NCBI GenBank assembly: GCA_000320545.1
Contig: ADNK01001780.1
Location: 1 to 64,000 of the forward strand
DNA: 64,000 nucleotides
Direction: 5' to 3'
DNA from: Bigelowiella natans CCMP2755
Taxonomy: Eukaryota; Protista; Cercozoa
This document shows positions 54,907 through 64,000 of this stretch, one piece after another. Position 1 is the stretch's first letter. Every line of letters starts with the position of its first letter. Both the position numbers and the translations under genes were made by a program. The notes below the pieces were generated by a model. That model did no database searches. It was not told where the DNA came from and worked only from the letters and a program-made list of their open reading frames with translations.

Positions 54907-57900
54907 ATGGCGGGAACGAGGAGTAGAAAAGAGACTCCCTCAAAATCAATAAAAAGTAGGCAATCTAATATGAAAGACAAGCCTTTTTCCCTAATTTCTC
55001 GCTCGAACGGATGAACAACTCAAAAAAGCGTGCAGCGTGCCCCCCTCGGAATTAAGAGCAGTTTGGCTTTTAGAGAAACGCAGAACCTGCCCCCATGGCT
55101 AACAATGTCCCCTCGGGTCAAGTGGTAGGCTGGATGTTGGATTATGCCTGCCACCAGAACCTGTATCCCCTGATCAAAATCTGCAATTCTCTTCTCCGCG
55201 ACTACAAGCATGAGTTCAAGGCTTCAGGTAGCTTGAATTAACTTTTGATAAAACGCTTCTTCCACCCACTGGCTCTTCTCCTCAAAGTCATAAATATGTT
55301 TTCAGAGAGATGTGAGCAGAATCTCCTCTTGTGCGCCTTCACAAACGTGATCCAAAACCGAGGAGACTTTGAGAGAATGGGGCCGACGGACGTCTTGGAA
55401 CTCTTTCTTATGCTACTACCAGGTATGGTGGTTGAGAAGAAGGATTGGGACTAGCTACCTCATTGTCTTTCCTTCATGAATCACATAGAGCTTCCTTCCC
55501 TTCTTGGAAGCACGTAATCTTTTCATTAGGGCGTTCATTGTTTCTAAAATTTTCGTCATCCTATCAGAAAGGAAGAAGCTGAAGTACAAGAAAGTTGCCG
55601 CGAGGGTTTGTCTGGAAATAAAGAGGCAGGTTGTAATGATCATCGGGATCCTGACAGAATCGCATCCATTCGTAGCCACAGCATGTTATTTTTTAGAACT
55701 ACCTGTTATAACCCCGATGCCTCCTTTGAATAAGTGTGACAACTAGCACCTCTACAGGTTTTTCTGGTAAGACTTTCTAGACGCTCCGCGAGCAGGGATG
55801 AAATGATTGAGCTGTTGGAGACTCTATTTCCGCTGGAGGTAGCTTAAAGCAGGCTGAAAGCATATTGCTACAAATATAGTAGTTTATTAAATCGTGTTAA
55901 ATCATCCTTGAATTGAATTTTGGTCCAAATGGAAGCGTATCGCGCAGTAGTTATATATTTATGGACATCTCAACCAAATGTACATGTAACACATCATAAA
56001 AAGGACCATCGCCAAGGGAACAAGCGAAGACGAGGAGGGCAAGATGGAGCAACAGCATTCTTCAATAAGTACCAAAAATTGATAGGAGTCGTGCCGCACA
56101 GCAGAGAACAAAAGACGAAAATGGAGTTACTTGAGTTGATTTATCTGGCTTATGGAAGGCTATCATCGTCATTTTCGGGCAGATTTGATGTCTATATGGA
56201 AAAACATGCTTATAACCGATTCCAAAAGTTAGTCACTGCTTTTCTTAAATCCTTCATACTGCCAAGTCTCACTCCATATATTGTGGAGAGGGAGATAAAA
56301 GGTGGGTCAGTGCCATCCCCATCGTCATCACCCGGAGGAAAAGAAGAAGAGCGAGGAGAGGTAGAAACGCGAATAGGAGCAGCGAGTAAGCGAAGGAGAA
56401 ATTCTGCAATGACGAAGACGACGACATCGGCATCAGTATTCAAAGAGCAGCAGCAGCAGAAAGTGCGACGACGAGGAAGAAAGAGAAGAAAAATAGAAGA
56501 ACAGGAGCAGAAGGAGGAGGAGGGAGAGGAAGAAGAAGAAGAAGATGATGATGATGATGAAGAAGAACGGAAGGAGGAGGAGGAGGAAGAAGAAGAAGAA
56601 GAAGAAGAAAGGGAGAAGAAAGTAAGCGAAGATGAGGAATATGAACAGGAATCGGAGTATAATCCAAGTGATGATGATGATGAAGAAGAAGAAGAAGAAG
56701 ACGATAATGATCTCGAGGATATGGAATATGGTATTTACCGTCGTCAAAGCAGCCGCCGCAGCAGTCGCCGAAACAGCAATCACCGTAGCTATCGCGAAAA
56801 TCGTCGGTCTATTTCTCGAGCTAGGAGAGCAAATCACCAAGCTAAGAGGAGGAGGAAGGACAGACATCAGCAGCAGGAGCACAACAAAAGGAAAAAAGGC
56901 GCCAGAGAAGTGATCATGATAGACGAAGAGGAGGATGAGGAAGAAAATGAGGGGGGGAGGCAAGATACTGAAGAAGAGAAGGGCGAATACAGTGACGACG
57001 ATGAGGATGAAAAGGAGGTGCGACAGATCTTGATAATATTTCACTTTACTAAAACGAAATTACCACAATATTCAAGTCAGCGATAATTTTGATTGGTGAT
57101 TTCTATCTAGCGGGGGGGGGAAGTCATCCTCACTGCTGGTGTTGTTGCTATTCTGCTATCATGCTCATGTATTTGACAAGGACAGCGTCGTCGATTCGTA
57201 GATTGAGTTGCGTGCATGTTTCAAAGGGGAATTTGGAAGTAGACACCACGAACAAGAAGGGATTTACGTAGTAGTGTGCAAAAGATGATAGATCTCGCAT
57301 CTCTCTGCCCTTCCCTCTTTTGTAGGAAGATGATTCCGATGAGGTGATATTAGCCACTTGCGATCTACGAGCCGGTGAGCTTGTTGCGGTGCCTTCAGCA
57401 GACAACGAAGCCGACACGCCATTCTGGGTGGCAAAAATCATTAAGATTAATCAGCATGGTGCAAAGGTACCTGTCGCACGCACGCACGCGCGCGCGCGTG
57501 TGTGTGTGTGTGTGTGTGAGCTTGTGTACCTCGCGAGTACTTCCTTCTGCATCATGCTTGTTCGAACGGAATCCTAGCATTCCTTGGAATCTGCAGCGGT
57601 TGTTGATGCCATTTTTGTTATTCATTCCTTCATTCATATTTTGGAAATTTGTCTCGTCCACTTTCACAGGTTCAATGGTATGACTCCGACAAGGCGTTCG
57701 GCAGGTATACGCCTTGCTATAGCGACAAGAGGAAGAAGGAGCCATGGATCCAAAGGATCCCAAACCGCACCACCGTCATCACATCTGGTTTCCGCCTCAA
57801 TCGCACTGGTTACCTTTCGAAAAAGACCTCAGCGACGATCAAGGCCCACCGAATGGTGCGGGATTTTTACAAAATGAGTGAGGAGGAGGGGGATGGGAAA

Positions 57901-57918
57901 GTCAGCCAAGTCTACTAA
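54907..57918 (+). CDS. Hypothetical protein with long acidic/basic low-complexity region and C-terminal Tudor/BAH-like beta-barrel; multi-exon
   Basis: A 388-aa open exon with E/D and R/K tracts is followed by spliced exons LRAGELVAVPS..PFWVAKIIKINQHGAK|VQWYDSDKAFGRYTPCY..PWIQRI..VITSGFRLNRTGYLSKKT. Confidence 0.55.
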
Positions 57919-58659
57919 ATGGATGCATGCGCCGACGAAGGTGGGATTGGGTTTTGTAGATTTACACATTTTTGTGAGTAATCAACTTAGCAATGGAGAC
58001 TTGGCCGTAGATAACTACAAGCATCCAATAGCAGATACACCAGCAGCATTTTTCTGTGATTATAAATTTTGCGAGAGTACCCTTGCGCGTGATATCAATG
58101 CTCAGATCACCATGGCGATCATTTTAGGATCTTACATTTAATGCATCATCATCGTTCCTCTAATCTTGAACGAATTTTGATTGCATGCGGAGCATGTATA
58201 ATAGTAGGCGTATAATGCATACATTGCTGCCATAAAAGTAATTAGGCGTGGCTCTTGGCACAATGTCTAGATGCGCACTAATTCATCTAACATCTGTGCC
58301 AGTAGCAGCTCCATTAATTTCCAACATAACATAGCATGCACATTATACTGCATGCGCTACTTAATATAGACACGAAGCATAGTTAGATTATCACGGAGTT
58401 TCATTCCATTGCTGTAGCAGCAGCATCAATAACAGCGCGCATAGTGCGGAGGGTAATGTCGCTGTTGCAATGCAAAGTAATCCAAAGTGTTGCCTTCAAA
58501 TGCGCGCGACTCGCCGTCTATTTTGTTTGTCATCCCCATAACTAGATACGATCATGCATGCAGTTAACACGGAGACGGAGACAATCATGTACGCCATGGG
58601 TGAACCTGTTGACGCGCCGTAACTTATTATTATCCTGCGTTTGCAGTACATCTGTAGCC

Positions 58660-58717
58660 TGCGACTACGCACAAAAATGTGATTAGCGTGCGACTACGCA
58701 CAAAAATGTGATTAGCG
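58660..58717. repeat. Tandem duplication of a 29-bp unit (2 copies)
   Basis: tgcgactacgcacaaaaatgtgattagcg occurs twice head-to-tail in an intergenic spacer. Confidence 0.9.
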
Positions 58718-59028
58718 CGTGAGAGACAAAACATGCACGTACGTTGCCTTAAAAGAATATCCAGCTGCCTTGTATGGCGTTCGCCATTTTGCTAAATCTT
58801 CGCCATAAATCAACAAATTAAGCTATTTGAATACATAGGGCGCTGACTATGGCTATGATGATGTTAATGTTCAACGCAGCGACGTGTATAAAATCAAGAT
58901 TGCCTCAGACCTTACACAATCATTTGCCACAACCCTATTACTGGTAACGTATAGTCCATGTACATTGCGTGTTGTTATGGTGCTAATGGACGATCATATA
59001 CGCTCTTCAGAGTGATGTTTGCTCGGTA

Positions 59029-61076
59029 TCATTGTGATTCTGTACCTATTATCTGGACACCTAATCTACGTTTTCGCGGTCCATCTGAGTCCACTAAAAT
59101 GACAGATTGCCAAGATCCTATGGCCAACCTGATGAGAAATAATTTCAATATAGTGAGGGATATGCAACTACCCTTCAATTGTGTCCCCTAGCCCTTGCGA
59201 AAGTGGCGATTGCGTGTTCATGTACGATTTAAGAAACGGACTTTCCATCGACAATAGGGATCGTTTCTGTTGCGCCAACCTGCAGTGAAAAACAACAAAC
59301 GTTGAGAACTAGTACCAAGAATGTTTCATTTCAAAAACAAAAAGACGGCACTGAGAGAAACGGTTTTGCACCGCTGATACTGGTGTTGCGGGACAAAACC
59401 ACGGATCTTTTCCGATGATGCATGATCCCATTACAAGAATATACACCAAAGGATCGAGATGTCTTCCTCCGGAGAGATCGCTTCCGCACTATATTGGAAT
59501 CTTTACTATTTTCGATTATATGGAAGAATGCAGTCGCTTAACATCTCATACCAGCATAGTCATTAAGTGGGCGTGTGCGTTACGCGGTTCTTGGTCCCTC
59601 CATGAATCTATATCCACATCCTCACCAAAGTTATCTATATCGAGGGATGAAGAGGAAGCGCTAAGTACGGAAAATTCTTCAAGTAATCCTAACATTCCCC
59701 TAATACAGCTACTTCTTTCCGCAACAAGTCATCGGCACCACAGGAAAAATGTCAGAGACTTTTTGGCTCATCATGAATCAATTTAAAGACTTTCAACGAA
59801 TCTGATATTTATGTACCAATTATTGCGTCCATATCGGCTTGGGAAGCTGGTCGGGCGTGGATGTCGTTGTGAAGATACCTGAAACGCGGGTTGCATTTTC
59901 AGAGATACGACAGAATCCGTGTCGAGTACATCTTGTGTCTTTTCTTTGTATTCTCTCCGGTTTTAAAGTTCATCTGGATCTCCATTCACAGCATTCTTTT
60001 GTAATTTGACGTACGGTTGGGAAGCCGGCGCCATTTTCATGAGGAAGTGACGAAAGTCTGTGTGCACAGTTGCAAATAATGTCAACGAGGTTATGCACGT
60101 GATCAAAATAGACGTAAATAATTACCATCCACTAGTCTGCTCTCCATTTCATTTATCATTACACCTAGGAACAAGAAATGGATAAAAGTAGGTTTTTATT
60201 GCCAAATCGCTGACCAACGCAACAATCCCCGGGAGATGCAAATAGCAACCTGTGGTCGTGTGCTGTGAAACCAGATTCACCCAACCATCAAGGACCTAAA
60301 TGTAAAGTTAAAATATGCTCGAAATCATAATATAAGTATCCAAAGTAGTGGCTCAAGCTAGAAAACATTCAGTGCGAAAACACAGATAATTGCTGCTCCT
60401 CGATTGAAGCTTTTGCAAATAGCTTTTAATACACGATATTCCGATGAAAATGTAAATTTGTAATTATAGCCTAGGTTCTCATAGTTTTTTCTCCAAGTCC
60501 GAAATCAGGACCACCTTTGACTTCTCCACCAGACCCGTGAGCTCCTCCGTAACGTCGTGCAGAGAAATGCCTGCAGTATGATAGGGAGTTGACAAACGTA
60601 TCGTGGCGAGAATCGCCCTAGTTTTATCGCTATGCATATAGATACATCACGCCGAAAAAATCAATTTATTCAATCGAGTAGCGTTGTGCTAGAGACCAGG
60701 ATTCGTATCCACTGAAAGCATCTCAAAAGTGCTGCTCATCGCTCCTACTTCCTGGAATAGGATGTGTAGTGTTGAGTCAGTCGAACTGTCATGCTACTGT
60801 GTTAAAGCCGAAATGATTTTGCATTATTATTCCCCATACAGTAGGCTGGGGCATAGACGAGGACTTCGCACGAACTTCCACGTGCTTTTGGATCTGTCGC
60901 AGGCCGCGTGCACGGGCAGGGCGCCACGCAACATAGGTTTCGGAATGGGCGGTTGAGATGCCTTTCGATGCCGAAACCAATCTACCAGCGCATCGCGTTG
61001 CAGGAGGTGCATGGGCTGTCGTTGTGACAACTACAGCAAATGGCAGCAGAAAAGCTATTTGTCGGATAGCGGCCAT
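59029..61076 (-). CDS. yjbQ: YjbQ/UPF0047 family protein with bipartite (signal + transit-like) leader; multi-exon
   Basis: GISLHDVTEEL..|VLDGWVNLVSQHTTT|GVMINEMESRLVD|DF..|YLHND..|EPRNAHAHLMTML|VGATETIPIVDGK|LAIGSWQSVILVDSDGPRKRRLGVQIIG carries the UPF0047 motifs HTT, INE, NAxAH and GxWQ..DGPR. Confidence 0.92.
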
Positions 61077-61300
61077 TGCCGAGTTGGGGTCGGCCCGTAG
61101 AAAGGAAAAAAAGTAATATAAATCAATGGGAATTGTCTTCTGCGACAACAAAGCGGTTCCAAGATCGTTGCTGCCTTCATGTAAATTTGCATCTGCGGTG
61201 AAACACGACCAATTATTCCAATGCGACTTGGAACAGACTGGAATATAGGCCCAAATATCCCTGTTTTTCGACTTTTTCCTCTTCGAATGATCTTGCTCGA

Positions 61301-61996
61301 ATGAAGAAGAGAAGTCAATTACAGGGACAGCGCTCAAAAAGAACGACGATGACGATGAGGGGCGGTAAAGCCAAAATGCAGGAGGTGACTTATGAGAGAG
61401 AGATATATATAAATATAAGGACTATAAGGAAATATACGCTTTGTAAACAAAGGGTAGAGTGGGTGCAACATTAAATTTTGGGGGAATGGGACAGAACAGA
61501 ACAGCAGGCTCTCTTCGATGACATCACTCAATTTTTAGACTATGGAGGAAAAGAATGATGAGATGACAGATAAACTTGCCGGGAAGGTTGAGTTACTTCG
61601 AAAGGTGAGCTTGATCGTAAATGGAAACTTGAAATATATATTCAAGTTCATTTCATTCAGATCTCAATAAACATTGGCAAGGAGATAGAGGATCAGAACA
61701 CAGAGCTTGACGGTTTGAACGTAAGCTCGATCAGAACCAATAAGTCTTCTGTAAATATCTGATGAATTTTAACTCAGGATAAAAGTGGAAATATTTTGGA
61801 TTCATTGGGGGGCACTATGAAGGGTTTAATGGTAACTAAAGTTGTCTTCGAATTAAATCAGGCGTAACAATTTAACTTTGTTCAGGGGCTAGCGATGTCT
61901 GGTGGCACTCGGCCTCTGTTAGTTAGATCCGTCTCTATGTTTGGCATATTTATAGTAATTTATTTCTTCTCGTCAAGATATTCAGCCGCCCCTTGA
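61301..61996 (+). CDS. BET1: Bet1-like Qc-SNARE (5 exons)
   Basis: MEEKNDEMTDKLAGKVELLRK|ISINIGKEIEDQNTELDGL is a SNARE motif with a zero-layer Q, followed by the C-terminal TM helix SVSMFGIFIVIYFF. Confidence 0.85.
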
Positions 61997-62841
61997 GTAA
62001 ACTATGAGTCTTAATGTTCCATGCAGACATGTAACGCGATACTAACTAGTATTGAATTCGAGCTCTAAGATTTAAATATTTAATTCATTCTATTACGATT
62101 TGCTCCGATTTAAGTTCCAAAAACTTTCAGTGTCTCTGAGCAGTGTGTTTGAATTTTGCTGAAAATATCAAACTGATGAAGGAGGTGTTCAAATTTGGTA
62201 TTTCTGCACATTGTAGTGCACCCACGTAGTCTCCTGTATCGATATCGCTGTATCTCATCATAGGTGTTCTGTATAGTTTTAGAAGAGGAGTTGGAAAGCA
62301 TGTAATATAGATACATTGTATCTAATAATAAAACCGAAAACAGTGACAATAGCGGCAATGTCTATGTATGATATCTAGATCTACTAGTCTCGCGCGCTGT
62401 AGCAGTGCGCGGCGTGAAATACCTTCGTATGGCGCAGGGCATGGATGTACGCTACTCTCTTGCCGATGTGTTTTAACAATGTGTATCTTGAGTCAGTGCA
62501 CCGCGTTGGTGTGCTGTAATGCGAGTATGCCATTGTAACCCATCCGACAGATTCACCATCTAGAAATGCGTGCGTGCAGCAGGCGTGCGACGGATACGAT
62601 GCAGCAGCCGCGAGCATATACATAGCTGCCATACATTCCCACACATGTAGAACCGCATAGCAATGGGCCTATCGTTAAGCTGGTACATTTTTTGATAAAT
62701 CAACAGATGAAATGAATACGACTATATATACGACGGACTCATATGTGCAAAGATCTCCAGTTATCCCATGAATAGCCAAGGACTTTGGAAAATATTCTCA
62801 ATTTATATTATTACACATGTGCTATGACATTAATACTTATA

Positions 62842-62886
<45 letters not shown>

Positions 62887-63114
62887 AACAAATACGACGT
62901 AAATTTCAATACACGAAAATAGTATTTGCCGAAACGCATTCAGACAATCTTAAATTGCTACATCAAAGATTTAATAGGCACAATGTAACATCATAATCAA
63001 AGCTCGTCATATCAATAATGTAACAATAAAAACCTTTTACGGTGGAGAGAATGTGAGGTCAGGCTTAGGAGATACTTCCCACCCGTCTAGGGAGCGAACG
63101 AAGCCATGAAATAT

Positions 63115-64000
63115 TAATCTCCAGGAAACTGCTCTTGTTACTCAACTGCTTTCTGCTATCCTTTTTTAATTCATGGAATAAAATTCGTCTTTCTTGTGAA
63201 ACTCAAAATTCAATATGCGTTGATCATCACAACTCTTAGCTATTGCGTAATAGCATCCTGCCTAGCTTGTACCGATTTGTACCTTCCTCACTCCTCTTAT
63301 TTTAGAACCCCACTTTGGTGTTTGTTTAAGATCGCGCGAGTTTGAGGACCAAAGACAGTTTTTATCCAGCTGTGATGCGTGCCTGGGCAACCTCACTTCT
63401 CCCGTACCATTGTAAAAATTCTGCTACTTGGAATCTATAACATAAAATACGTTGCCTGAGTTCTGAGCTTGACCTTTTCCCCTAAGAATGGGGTTATCCT
63501 TCGGTATGAAGATAAGGTACGGCATGAGCAGGGAGAGGGGCGGCCAAAACGTCAGAAGGAAGAAATCGGATCCAGAGGACAATGATCACTAAAGTGCGTC
63601 GCTAAAGGAATTTGGCGTACGAAGAGAGTAAAATCTGAATGTGGATCTTCGTGGAACCAAATGGCATAGAGGGGCAAGTACAATATGGTCCACGTGAGCA
63701 TCACAATGACATAGTTCTTAAAGCCGCCGATAATGGAGCACACTCGTGGCACGCACAAGCCCACGAGAAGCATATAGGTAAGTTGTGTGTATGGACCAGC
63801 GAAGCCTACGGCAACGCGTTGCCAGTTCGATGCGCTGCCGATTGCATCCGGGTCATAGTGACACATAAATGCCTCGTGCGGCTGATATTTGTCCCAAATC
63901 CAGCCAAACACGGGCACAATCTTCTGCCATGCGAGATTGACGCGTGCAGGGATACCGCACAGCGAGGCAACAACGAGATGTGAGCAGACGTGCACGTAAC
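63115..64000 (-). CDS. Peptidase M50-like membrane protein, partial (5' end beyond the window; 3' end uncertain)
   Basis: YVHVCSHLVVASLCG (HxxxH helix), RVAVGFAGP and HSDF near the last TM match the order and spacing of M50/M50B motifs. Confidence 0.55.

Noticed and set aside
58660-58717. 29-bp direct repeat (and the 45-bp repeat at 10887) as a possible CRISPR array
   Set aside because: Only two adjacent copies, no spacers, no cas genes, eukaryotic context; these are simple tandem duplications.

Overview
Gene-dense, intron-rich eukaryotic nuclear DNA with GT-AG introns, many packed with (TG)n/(TA)n/(GA)n/(GAT)n microsatellites and poly-C/G runs. Most entries in the ORF track are repeat artefacts or single exons, so the genes below were reassembled by hand from splice sites and reading phase; boundaries are approximate where stated. 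About 17 protein-coding genes are visible: prolyl oligopeptidase (-), SAP + Bdp1-type SANT protein (+), DPH1 (-), CS-domain ... ubiquitin-like protein (+), DNAJC22-like (-), cytochrome b5-containing sulfite-oxidase-family enzyme (+), DUF4442/hotdog protein (-), phosphatidylinositol synthase (-), Aurora kinase (+), PITALRE CDK (-), degenerate Rab-like GTPase (+), multi-pass GPCR-like protein (+), a weak hypothetical (+), TMEM65-GAF-EF-hand fusion (-), acidic protein with a Tudor/BAH-like C-terminus (+), YjbQ with a bipartite leader (-), Bet1-like SNARE (+), plus a partial M50-like membrane protein (-). The signal + transit-like leader on YjbQ and the intron style suggest an alga with a complex plastid, possibly a chlorarachniophyte (inference only). 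Most notable: (1) TMEM65 fused to a GAF domain split by an EF-hand pair; (2) a Rab-fold protein with all G-motifs altered; (3) a sulfite-oxidase-family enzyme with an apparently altered substrate pocket; (4) a regular layout of head-to-head gene pairs separated by palindrome-rich 3' spacers. No rRNA, tRNA, CRISPR array or coding transposon was recognised.
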